From NCBI GenBank assembly GCA_027490345.1, contig JAIXYF010000489.1:1-36959 (forward strand): a stretch of DNA of 36,959 bases, written 5' to 3'. The notes under the pieces are model-generated. The model was given only the letters and a program-made list of their open reading frames with translations, did no database searches and was not told the DNA's origin. Source of the stretch: Novosphingobium sp. GTDB taxonomy: Bacteria; Pseudomonadota; Alphaproteobacteria; Sphingomonadales; Sphingomonadaceae. Positions 21,128 through 29,991 of the stretch are shown here, in pieces (position 1 is the stretch's first letter; every line of letters begins with the position of its first letter). Both the position numbers and the translations under genes were made by a program.

Positions 21128-21781
21128 TCAGGCGCACGGTTCCAGTTTCGCAAGAAAGGTGGCCGTTCGCCCCAGCAGTGCCCGATCCCACGCCTCCGGT
21201 GCAACCGAAATGCCGAGTGCGGCGAGGCTGGTAACGCCATACTCTTCGATACCGCAGGGCACGATTCCACCAAAGTGCGCAAGATCCGGTGCGAGATTGA
21301 CGGAAAAGCCATGCATTGTGACCCACCGGCGGATGCGGATGCCGATCGCGCCGATCTTGGCTTCGGCGCCGTCCGGGCCGCGCGTCCATATGCCGACGCG
21401 GCCTTCTGCGCGCCACGCCTCTACCCCAAAATCGCCAAGGGTATCGATGACCCACCCTTCGACGGCATGGACAAAACCACGCACATCGCGCGCGCGGTTG
21501 GCCAAATTCAGCACGAGATAGCCGACCCGCTGGCCCGGGCCGTGGTAAGTATAGCGCCCGCCGCGTCCGGCTTCGACCACATCGAAACGGGGATCAAGCA
21601 GTTCATCTGCCGCCGCGCTGGTTCCGGCCGTATAGACGGGAGGATGTTCGAGCAGCCAGATCAGTTCGCTTGCGGCATTTTGCGCCACGGCAGCGTTGCG
21701 TGCTGTCATGGCATCAAGCGCGTCGCGATAGGGGACGAGCGCAGCGGTTTGTCTGATCTCGATCTGATCCGGGTTCTGCAT
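21128..21781 (-). CDS. lipB: Lipoyl(octanoyl) transferase
   Basis: [41 protein letters not shown]; start uncertain. Confidence 0.96.
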   Translation of the reverse strand: MQNPDQIEIRQTAALVPYRDALDAMTARNAAVAQNAASELIWLLEHPPVYTAGTSAAADELLDPRFDVVEAGRGGRYTYHGPGQRVGYLVLNLANRARDVRGFVHAVEGWVIDTLGDFGVEAWRAEGRVGIWTRGPDGAEAKIGAIGIRIRRWVTMHGFSVNLAPDLAHFGGIVPCGIEEYGVTSLAALGISVAPEAWDRALLGRTATFLAKLEPCA

Positions 21782-21909
21782 CGGCACAGCGCATGGCCCC
21801 ATGATTGCCCGCTGGCAAGAGCCAGCCTTCGCCGCGATGGCAGGACGCGGGGGGTGCACATGTGTTCCGGCCCTGCTAGGGCTGCGTCCGTAAAAGGGAA
21901 GCGACGGCC

Positions 21910-22710
21910 GTGACGATATTGGACAGCAGTGCAGCATGGGCCAGCGCCACGCGCATGGTTGCGGCCAATCGCGAGCTGCTCGTGGCCATTGCCGGCGTGT
22001 TCTATGTGCTGCCGGGTTTGGCCGGTGCGGTCTTCGTTCCTTCGCCAAACATGACATCGGGCATGACCGAGGCGCAGATGCTGCAGATCATGCAGGAGTA
22101 TTACGCCAACTCGCTCCCTGCCCTGCTGGCGCTCTCGCTGCTGCCGATGGTAGGGATGCTGACCATGCTGGTGGTGATGCTTGATGCAGCGCGCCCCACG
22201 GTTGCACAAGCGATCCGCCACAGCTTGCGCGCCTTGCCTTCCTACTTTGCCTCACAATTGCTGATCGCGCTGGGGATTCTTCCGCTTTCACTGGTGATCA
22301 CGATCATTCTGGCGCTGTTTCTGCCCGATCGGATCGCGATGTCCTTTGCATTTGGCATTCTGCTTTACCCGATCATGCGCACCATGCTGGTCGGCCCTGT
22401 GGTCGCTGGGCGGGGTGAGCGCAATCCCGTTGCCGCGATCCGGGAAAGCATTCGGTTGACCCGGGGCAATGCCGGTCGGCTGCTACTGTTCCTCGGCCTC
22501 GCTGGCTTCGTGTTTCTCGTGGCTTACGGCCTTGCCATGATGTTCGTCGGCGTGGTCCTTGTGCTGATGTTCAAGGGAGAGGCGCAGCGTCTGATTGGAG
22601 AGGGCGTGGCAGGCGTTCTGCTTGCAGTCGGCTACACCTATCTCGTTGCGATGCTCGCGGCCGTCACCAACCAGCTTGTTGCCGCACCTGCAGGCACCGC
22701 CAGCGGGTGA
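21910..22710 (+). CDS. Multi-pass membrane protein (YciC/DUF7847-like hypothetical)
   Basis: About 6 TM segments and an [16 protein letters not shown] loop motif. Confidence 0.7.
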   Translation: MTILDSSAAWASATRMVAANRELLVAIAGVFYVLPGLAGAVFVPSPNMTSGMTEAQMLQIMQEYYANSLPALLALSLLPMVGMLTMLVVMLDAARPTVAQAIRHSLRALPSYFASQLLIALGILPLSLVITIILALFLPDRIAMSFAFGILLYPIMRTMLVGPVVAGRGERNPVAAIRESIRLTRGNAGRLLLFLGLAGFVFLVAYGLAMMFVGVVLVLMFKGEAQRLIGEGVAGVLLAVGYTYLVAMLAAVTNQLVAAPAGTASG

Positions 22711-24053
22711 GCGCGATGGACGAGCCTGATGTTCAGCTGCCTCGCAGCCGCATGGCCTTGCTGTTCATGGTCATGCTTGTCACGGCGGCCGGCAATACCG
22801 CGATGCAATCGGTCATGCCTTCTATCGGCACGCATCTGCACATTGCCGATGTATGGGTAAGTCTGGCCTACAGCTGGTCGGCCCTGCTGTGGATGCTGCT
22901 TGCCCCGTTCTGGGCAAGGCGCTCCGACCGCCGTGGCCGCAAGGCGATGATGGCGTTGGGACTCGTCGGTTTTGCCGTGTCGTTCGCGTTGTGCGGCGCG
23001 GCACTCTACGCCGGGCTCAATGGTACGATCAGCGGACTTACGGCCATTCTGCTCTTTGCCGCAGCTCGATCGCTGTATGGTGGGTTCGGTTCGGCGGCGC
23101 CGCCGGCGGTTCAGGCATATGTGGCAAGCCGCACAAGCAGGGCTGAGCGCACGCAAGCCCTTTCGATGGTGTCTTCCAGTTTCGGACTGGGCACAGTGCT
23201 GGGCCCGGCGCTTGCTCCGCTGCTGATTCTTCCGGGGATCGGGCTGATCGGTCCGTTCGCTGCTTTCACCATGGCCGCGCTGGTCGTGCTGGTGCTCCTT
23301 CGGCTGCGGCTGCCCGATGATGATCCCCGGTTTGCTGGTCGCGGTCAGATTTTGGGGGAGCCGTTCAGTGCATCGTCCAACCCCAGAATGGTCGAAGCGC
23401 GGGGTGGTGACGAAGAGCATGTCACCAGCGACAGGGCCCTTGATGCCCCCCCGGCTGGTTCGCTGACCGGGCGGCTGCGTTGGAGCGATCCGCGCTTGCG
23501 GGCGTGGTTGGCGGCTGGGACGCTGGGCGGTCAGGCCCAGTCCATATTGCTCGGGGTGGTGGGGTTTCTCGTACTCGACAGGCTTGATCTACGCCATCAA
23601 CCCGATGCAGCGGCGGGACCGATCGGGCTTGTTCTGATGAGCGGCGCCGTGGCCACATTGCTCGCGCAATGGGGGCTGATCCCGTTGATGCGGTTGGGCC
23701 CGCGGACATCGACGCTCTGGGGTATGGGGCTGGTGGCACTCGGCACCCTTGGTATGGGGGCCGGAAAGGATCTTCACGCCATTGCGACAGGTTTTGCCGT
23801 CTGCTCTCTAGGTTTCGGCCTTTTCCGCCCGGGTTTCACTTCGGGCGCAAGTCTGGCCGTAACGCCAGCGGAGCAGGGACAGTCTGCCGGGATTGTCGCG
23901 GCAGTGAACGGTTCAGCCTACATCATTTCACCGGCGATCGGTGTCTGGCTTTACAACCATTCGAATTGGCTGGCCTGGGGTGCCGTTGAACTGTTTTCGC
24001 TTGTCGTGATCCTCATCTGCATCTTCGGCATGCGGCGCGATCCGCCTGCCTGA
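22707..24053 (+). CDS. MFS transporter
   Basis: Motif A WARRSDRRGRK, GTVLGPAL, about 12 TMs; GTGA overlap with the upstream gene (alternative ATG 22716). Confidence 0.9.
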   Translation: MSAMDEPDVQLPRSRMALLFMVMLVTAAGNTAMQSVMPSIGTHLHIADVWVSLAYSWSALLWMLLAPFWARRSDRRGRKAMMALGLVGFAVSFALCGAALYAGLNGTISGLTAILLFAAARSLYGGFGSAAPPAVQAYVASRTSRAERTQALSMVSSSFGLGTVLGPALAPLLILPGIGLIGPFAAFTMAALVVLVLLRLRLPDDDPRFAGRGQILGEPFSASSNPRMVEARGGDEEHVTSDRALDAPPAGSLTGRLRWSDPRLRAWLAAGTLGGQAQSILLGVVGFLVLDRLDLRHQPDAAAGPIGLVLMSGAVATLLAQWGLIPLMRLGPRTSTLWGMGLVALGTLGMGAGKDLHAIATGFAVCSLGFGLFRPGFTSGASLAVTPAEQGQSAGIVAAVNGSAYIISPAIGVWLYNHSNWLAWGAVELFSLVVILICIFGMRRDPPA

Positions 24054-24059
24054 TTGCCA

Positions 24060-24983
24060 TCAAGCAAGGTCAAGCCGCGCCGCGACGCGGCCTGCCGCTG
24101 CATCATGCAGCCGCACCGAAACCATGAGGAGCAGATTGAGGCCAACTGAAAGGTAGATGAAATACCACAGCGGGCTGCCGGCAATCATCGAAAATCCAAG
24201 CAGAATGGCGCGGGGATTGGGCCCGAGATAGCGCAGCAGCGCAAGCAAGGGGCGTTGTTCGCGCTGCACTTCGGCGCGGATCTGCTCGAGGCGCGCGACA
24301 TCATCGCTGGCCATCGCGCTGGTTACGGCTGCATCGATACGCAGGGCATTGGGGCTCATCCCGGCTGCGAGCCGCAGGTATCCCGCAACAGCAACCCGCA
24401 GCAACCAGCCAAGCCCGCCCAGATTGCGGAACAGGGCTGGGCCATTGCTGTTTGCATTGTGTAGCCAAGGCGTTCCGTACGTCCAGTGCTGGTAGAACCG
24501 GCGCTGCACTTCGACATGGTTGGCCTGCACGATATGCCCGGCTCCGGCCGCCAGCGTCCAGAACCATGCCCAGCCTGAGCCCAGTTCGCGGGTCAGGACG
24601 AAGGCCAGCAGCACATAAAGCACGATATGGCTCACATAATCGCAGATCCCGTCGACCAGTTCGCCCAGCGGGCTGGAACGCCCGGTGATACGTGCAAGAT
24701 CGCCATCCGCGCCATCCACCACGTGCCATGACACATGCAGCAGCATGCCCAGCATCGCCCATAGCGGGCCGGATGTGCTCCAGTAGACCACCCCCGCAGC
24801 GACCACCATCGAGCCGCCAGCCACCGAGACCATGTTCGGCGTGATCGGCGTCGGTGCAAGCAGCCGCGCCAGCTGCCAGGCAAGCGGATGATATATGTAG
24901 TGGTTGAGCGCGTCCTGCAGCTCGCGCGCGCGCACAGGGCGCTTGATCGGCGCGCGCGCGCCTGAGGACGTTGAGGAGCTCAT
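24060..24983 (-). CDS. CDP-alcohol phosphatidyltransferase family protein
   Basis: ITPNMVS and the complete signature DGADGDLAR-x8-GELVDGICD; ATG 4 nt after the nadA stop. Confidence 0.9.
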   Translation of the reverse strand: MSSSTSSGARAPIKRPVRARELQDALNHYIYHPLAWQLARLLAPTPITPNMVSVAGGSMVVAAGVVYWSTSGPLWAMLGMLLHVSWHVVDGADGDLARITGRSSPLGELVDGICDYVSHIVLYVLLAFVLTRELGSGWAWFWTLAAGAGHIVQANHVEVQRRFYQHWTYGTPWLHNANSNGPALFRNLGGLGWLLRVAVAGYLRLAAGMSPNALRIDAAVTSAMASDDVARLEQIRAEVQREQRPLLALLRYLGPNPRAILLGFSMIAGSPLWYFIYLSVGLNLLLMVSVRLHDAAAGRVAARLDLA

Positions 24984-24987
24984 CTTG

Positions 24988-25977
24988 TTATCCGCGTATG
25001 CCCAGATCGCCTTGCCCGACCGTGCCGCTGGCCATGGCCAGCATGGCATCAAGGCTCTTCTTGGCATCCAGCCGCAGCGTTTCCTCGATCTCGATCCGCG
25101 GGGAGAGATCGCGCAGGGCGACGTAGAGCTTCTCGAGCGTGTTGAGCGCCATGTAGGGGCAGATGTTGCAGTTGCAGTTGCCGTCAGCACCGGGGGCGCC
25201 GATGAAAGTCTTTTCCGGCAGTGCCAGTTGCATTTGATGGATGATGTGCGGCTCAGTCGCCACGATCAACGTATCACCGGGGAAAGTTCGCGCAAACTGG
25301 AGGATGCCGCTGGTCGATCCAACGTATTCTGCGTGATCCACGATATGCGGCGGGCATTCCGGGTGGGCTGCAACCGGTGCGCCGGGATGCTGGGCCATCA
25401 GCTTTAGCAGCTCGGTTTCCGAAAAGGCTTCATGCACGATGCAAACGCCCGGCCAGAGCAGCATCTCGCGCTCGAACTTGCGATTGAGGTAGCCGCCGAG
25501 GTGCCGATCCGGCCCGAAGATGATCTTCTGTTCGGGCGGGATCTGCGCGAGGATCGTTTCCGCGCTCGATGACGTCACGATGACGTCGCTGAGCGCTTTA
25601 ACCTCTGTCGAGCAATTGATGTAGGTGAGGGCGATGTGATCCGGGTGCGCTGCGCGAAAGGCTCGGAACTTTTCGGGCGGGCAAGAATCCTCGAGGCTGC
25701 AGCCGGCATCCATGTCGGGCAGCACCACGATCTTTTCCGGGCTCAGGATCTTTGCCGTTTCTGCCATGAATTTCACGCCGCAGAAGGCGATGACTTCGGC
25801 ATCAGTCGCGGCGGCCTTGCGCGATAGCTCGAGGGAATCGCCCACGAAATCGGCGAGATCCTGAATCTCGGGCTTCTGATAGTAGTGCGCAAGGATCACG
25901 GCTTTGCGGTTCTTGCGCAGCCGGTCGATTTCGGCGCGCAGATCAAGGCCGGACAGATTGGTGGGCTGGGCGGTCAT
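24988..25977 (-). CDS. nadA: Quinolinate synthase A
   Basis: LAHYYQ, GDSL, CGVKFMAE, AGCSL, YIN, CIVHE, AHPEC, CPYM. Confidence 0.98.
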   Translation of the reverse strand: MTAQPTNLSGLDLRAEIDRLRKNRKAVILAHYYQKPEIQDLADFVGDSLELSRKAAATDAEVIAFCGVKFMAETAKILSPEKIVVLPDMDAGCSLEDSCPPEKFRAFRAAHPDHIALTYINCSTEVKALSDVIVTSSSAETILAQIPPEQKIIFGPDRHLGGYLNRKFEREMLLWPGVCIVHEAFSETELLKLMAQHPGAPVAAHPECPPHIVDHAEYVGSTSGILQFARTFPGDTLIVATEPHIIHQMQLALPEKTFIGAPGADGNCNCNICPYMALNTLEKLYVALRDLSPRIEIEETLRLDAKKSLDAMLAMASGTVGQGDLGIRG

Positions 25978-26033
25978 AGGTGGTGGTCCCCTGATCGAAA
26001 GCGGGCAGGAACCCGCTGTCCTTTATTCGGCAC

Positions 26034-26774
26034 TTAGGCAGCGCCGGACCCATGGGCAATAGCCTGTGCGAACACCGCGACAGCAGGCGTCGCTGCCAGC
26101 AGCTGGATCAGGCCATGGCTTCCGGCAACGGCAACAATTGCGATCATCGTGCCGGGGTGAACACGGCCCAGAACTGTGGCATCATGGCGCGCCAGAATGC
26201 CAAGGAAGCCCACCTGCAAGGCGGCCTCCAGCCAACCGCCGCTAGTCTGGCCCAGCAGCGGCATCGGCAGAAGCCGCCCGAGCGCTGGTTCCATGAAGAT
26301 AACAGTCGCGCCGATGATGAGCCGCCGGTGCCACTGGGTGTGCTGGCGCATGATGACGGCGACGATCACCAGCAGAGCGAACACGATCACTTCGACATGG
26401 GTGAGCGCCAGGAAATAGGCATCCGTGAAGAATGGTGGGACGCGCCGCATGGTCAGCGCCATGCGGCCTGCGAAGATACCGAGGCCGACAATGGCGCACA
26501 CAAGGGCGAGGCTGGCCCAGCCAAGCCGGCGGTGCAGGCTGAGATTGCCACTGTCCGCTAGTCTGTTTTGCAGAACGAGCGTTGCAAGCCAGCCAAGCAT
26601 GGCGATGCCATGCAGGTGAACCCAGAACGGAGTCTTGAGCGGGTCCACGAAGCCTCGCAGGGCCCATTGAAAAAACCCGGCTACGATCAAGGCAGCAAGC
26701 GCGATGGCCAACCGGGTAAAGAAGCGCTGATCATCTAGATATGAAACACCAGGGTGGCTTGCGGTGAAGTCCAA
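26034..26774 (-). CDS. Hypothetical multi-pass membrane protein
   Basis: About 6-7 TMs with conserved His motifs (VHLHG, LHRRLG, WHRRL); TTG start after AGGAGG. Confidence 0.75.
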   Translation of the reverse strand: MDFTASHPGVSYLDDQRFFTRLAIALAALIVAGFFQWALRGFVDPLKTPFWVHLHGIAMLGWLATLVLQNRLADSGNLSLHRRLGWASLALVCAIVGLGIFAGRMALTMRRVPPFFTDAYFLALTHVEVIVFALLVIVAVIMRQHTQWHRRLIIGATVIFMEPALGRLLPMPLLGQTSGGWLEAALQVGFLGILARHDATVLGRVHPGTMIAIVAVAGSHGLIQLLAATPAVAVFAQAIAHGSGAA

Positions 26775-26827
26775 GATTTCCTCCTGAGCGCTCCGCCATT
26801 TTGCCTGCGCTGCCTGCAAACGATAGC

Positions 26828-27499
26828 TTACGGTTTTGGCACGTCGCCGTCGATAGGAACGGAAACCTTCACGTCACCAAAGCCGGCGACCTGCAGCGGG
26901 ATAGCAAGATTCTGGCGGATCGCATCCTTGGCAGCCGATCGGGCGAGGCCAAGCAGGACCGGATTTGCCGCCTGCTGCACGGCCAGTTGTTCTGCCACCC
27001 TGGTGTTGTCCCGCGTGAGCTTGTCTTGGGTGTCACGCGTGATCTGCACGCCCTCGCGGAGATATTGCGCCCGGGCTTCGTCGAGGTTTGGCCGTGTCAC
27101 GGTGAGGGGCGGGAGGCGCACGGTCAGGGTTTTGCTGGCCTGGTCCCAGCGCATCCGATCACGGCCAACTTTGCCGAGATCGACCGCATACTCGACCCGA
27201 GCCGGAATGACGGTGACCTGACGCGACGTCACAAGGCCAAAGAGGCGACTGTCGTTGCTGGCCACCACTGGCGCCCATTCAGCGCTGAACACAGTCAGCC
27301 GATCCTGTTTTTCGAAGGCGGTGAGGCTTGCTGCCAGTGGATCGTCCATCGGTGCCGGTTGCCAATGCAGCCAGGCCAGCCAGACCGCCGCAGCGGCGGT
27401 TCCAGGGAACAGCAGCCATGGTCAAACCGACAGATGCCATGCTCTTGGCCGCACAGGCAGCCCGCCAATGGGTGACTGGCTCAGGCGTTCACGGTCCAT
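26828..27499 (-). pseudogene. DUF4230 family gene interrupted by an in-frame TGA at 27424..27422
   Basis: ATG 27499 has a GGAG RBS and reads MDRERL...LSV*PWLLFPGTAAAAVWLAWLHW..MDDPL, in frame with the 26828..27349 ORF (PARVEYAVDL...LTVRLP = DUF4230-like). Confidence 0.6.
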
Positions 27500-28440
27500 T
27501 TCTGCTCCGGTGCCTCGGGTCCACGCTTGATTCGGCCCCGTGTCTCAAGATCGATGAGATGCGCGAGGACTGACCGTCCTGCTGCACCAGTGAGCCGCGG
27601 GTCCAGTCCCTTGTACATCTGTGTCACCATTTCGGGGATCGTAAACTCAGCTTCTTCCAGCAGCCGCAGGATCTGCGCTTCACGCTGGCGGCGGTGCCCG
27701 ATCATCCCCCGCACGAGCTGCTGTGGCTTGGTCACCGCTGGCCCGTGCGCGGGATAATAGACTTGATCCTCGCGCAGCAGCAGCTTTTGCAGAGAGAGCA
27801 TGTAGGCGCTCATGTCTCCGTCTGGCGGCGAAACCACGGTTGTTGACCAGCCCATGACATGATCGCCGGTAAACAGGGCTTGTGATTCCAGCAACGCGAA
27901 GCAGAGATGGTTGCTGGTGTGCCCGGGGGTCGAGACCGCTTCCAGCGTCCAGCCGTCACCTGCAAGCCGCTCTCCGTCAGCCAGCACCCGGTCTGGCTGA
28001 TAAAGGGGATCGAACTCTGCATCCGCACGCGCACCGGATCCTGCCCCGCTGTCATCCAAAGCCAGCGCTGCACAACCAATGATCGGTGCACCGGTGGCAG
28101 CTTGCAGCGGCCGCGCTGCTGGGCTGTGATCGCGGTGGGTATGCGTGCACATGATGGCGACCAGCTGCTGGCCGCCGATAGCCTTGAGAATCGCCTCCAC
28201 ATGCCCCTCGCCGTTGGTATCAGCGTGACCAGGGGCACTGTTTCCCATCGGACCCGGATCGATTGCCACTACGTCCTTGCCACTGCCGACTAGATACGTC
28301 TGGGTCCCGTTGAAGGTGTAGGGCGACGGGTTGGGGGCCAAAACACGGCGGACGAGCGGATCAAGCTCGACGGCAAGGCCTGTGTTCCACTCGGACCGAT
28401 CGGGAATGCTGATGCCCGGCGCAGGATTGGATGATGACAT
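27481..28440 (-). CDS. MBL-fold metallo-hydrolase (LACTB2-like, C-terminal winged helix)
   Basis: APNPSPYTFNGTQTY, THTHRDHS, PGHTSNH, FTGDH, PAHG. Confidence 0.92.
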   Translation of the reverse strand: MSSSNPAPGISIPDRSEWNTGLAVELDPLVRRVLAPNPSPYTFNGTQTYLVGSGKDVVAIDPGPMGNSAPGHADTNGEGHVEAILKAIGGQQLVAIMCTHTHRDHSPAARPLQAATGAPIIGCAALALDDSGAGSGARADAEFDPLYQPDRVLADGERLAGDGWTLEAVSTPGHTSNHLCFALLESQALFTGDHVMGWSTTVVSPPDGDMSAYMLSLQKLLLREDQVYYPAHGPAVTKPQQLVRGMIGHRRQREAQILRLLEEAEFTIPEMVTQMYKGLDPRLTGAAGRSVLAHLIDLETRGRIKRGPEAPEQKWTVNA

Positions 28441-28517
28441 ACGTGCGGTATGGAGATTTTCAGGCGGAGGCGCAACGCTGCGTCCGGCCTTGTTGTGGCA
28501 GACCGCCCTAGGTCCGA

Positions 28518-29012
28518 TTAGGCGGTTGCCGCCATTGCACACGCCAGTCGCTGCCGGAGCCGCTCGATCGCGTTCCCGGCTGTCTGCGCATCACCGCGCC
28601 AAGCGCTTTCCAGGCGCTGGATGCGGGCATAGAGCCGCTCGCTTTCGTATACGCATTGCTGGGCCTCGTTGGGCAGGGTCAGAACCTGCAAGGCATCGCT
28701 GAGCGGGAAGTTGGCGACCAGTCTGCCATGGCGGCGCAACTGCAGCTCGCTCAGTTCGCCGGCGAAATAGGCCCGGTGGTTCAGGAGCCAGGCGAGGCAA
28801 TGCATGATCCTCGTCGTGGTTCGCAGTGCCTCGCAGCTCAGCTGCAAATGCAGCAGCTCGGCCTCCGGGTCGTCGTTGGCACCTACAAGCAAGCGTTGGT
28901 CATGGCCCTTTCGCAGCTTATCAAATACCGCACGCACCTCTTCAGCGAGCACCAGTGCCTCTGCATAAAGCGCCTCGATAATGCGCGGGTTAAGGTTGGG
29001 CGTGAGGGCCAT
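28518..29012 (-). CDS. rcdA: DUF1465 / regulator of CtrA degradation RcdA-like
   Basis: LYAEALVLAEEVRAVFD...SCEALRTTTRIMHCLAWLL...SERLYARIQRL. Confidence 0.8.
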   Translation of the reverse strand: MALTPNLNPRIIEALYAEALVLAEEVRAVFDKLRKGHDQRLLVGANDDPEAELLHLQLSCEALRTTTRIMHCLAWLLNHRAYFAGELSELQLRRHGRLVANFPLSDALQVLTLPNEAQQCVYESERLYARIQRLESAWRGDAQTAGNAIERLRQRLACAMAATA

Positions 29013-29150
29013 GGCAAGCGCATAGTCCTATCGCAACACCGGGCTCAACGGGGAGGCGCGGCTGCGTTCACCACGTTTTTGAACTGTGCCGGAACGATAC
29101 GGTCGCTGTGGGTGTGATCTTCCGGGTCAAGCCATGTCAAAAACCTATAA

Positions 29151-29348
29151 TCAGGCGATGATATCGGGGATCAAGTAGTCCTCCAGAAGCGTGATCTGAT
29201 CCTTCAGTAGCAACTTGCGCTTTTTGAGTCGCGCGACCTGCAACTGATCGTGCGCACCCGTTCCTGAAAGGGCGTCGATCGCCGCATCAAGATCGCGGTG
29301 CTCGATCCGCAGCATTTCCAGCCGCTTGCGCATCTCGTCTTCGGTCAA
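29151..29348 (-). CDS. DUF465 (YdcH-like) small coiled-coil protein
   Basis: EHRDLDAAI...RLKKRKLLLKDQI...PDIIA; TTG start after GGGAG (start uncertain). Confidence 0.85.
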   Translation of the reverse strand: MTEDEMRKRLEMLRIEHRDLDAAIDALSGTGAHDQLQVARLKKRKLLLKDQITLLEDYLIPDIIA

Positions 29349-29644
29349 ACCTGCCACTCCCAATTTTCGCCGCATGTCATCAAAGACTTGCTGCAGAACC
29401 AGCCCCCGGACAGGCCCGAACACGTCAACATCTTTATGCCAGCCCGATACGCAAAAACGCGCATTTCCTGCATTCCGACGCAGACAGGCTTGCAAGATAC
29501 GGTGATTATGGGAGCATGACAACGCGCCCGCTCAGATGAGTCGAGGCCGACACATCTATGCCGGCGCGTCAATTCGGCTTGAACTCTCGGTAGCAATCCT
29601 GCCGCCGAAGCCAGCCGTGTGAGGTGTCCTGAGGAGGTTGCCGC

Positions 29645-29812
29645 ATGGAACTGTCGCATATCAGCGCTCTTGAATCCAAACACGCAGGTCTTGAACGGCG
29701 TATTGCCGAAGAGAGTACCCGCCCCCTTCCGAATGACGCGGTGATCAAAGAACTCAAGCGACGCAAACTGCGAATCAAGGAAGAGCTTTCGCTGATCCAG
29801 CAGGTTCACTGA
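29645..29812 (+). CDS. DUF465 (YdcH-like) small protein, 55 aa, missing from the ORF track
   Basis: GAGGAGG RBS; MELSHISALESKHAGLERRIAEESTRPLPNDAVIKELKRRKLRIKEELSLIQQVH. Confidence 0.88.
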   Translation: MELSHISALESKHAGLERRIAEESTRPLPNDAVIKELKRRKLRIKEELSLIQQVH

Positions 29813-29991
29813 AACCGATTGTGCGGCTGGGCGTGCCGGAAATGGCCGGCCGCCCTGCTGCAACACTCTTACCCTAGCGGTGCCGTCTCCTGCGTGACAA
29901 ACAAGGGGCATCGAACCGCTTGGATACGAATTCATGACAGCTGCTGGCGCAGCAGTTTGCAAACCGGTCCGTCTGCGCTAGGCCTACTAAT

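Noticed and set aside
25978-26033. NAD riboswitch upstream of nadA
   Set aside because: The gap is only 56 bp with a single 6-bp hairpin (26000-26017); too short, with no recognisable aptamer.
27481-28440. MBL gene as an antibiotic-resistance beta-lactamase or defence nuclease
   Set aside because: The motifs fit the widespread LACTB2-like housekeeping hydrolases; no signal peptide and no mobile or defence context.
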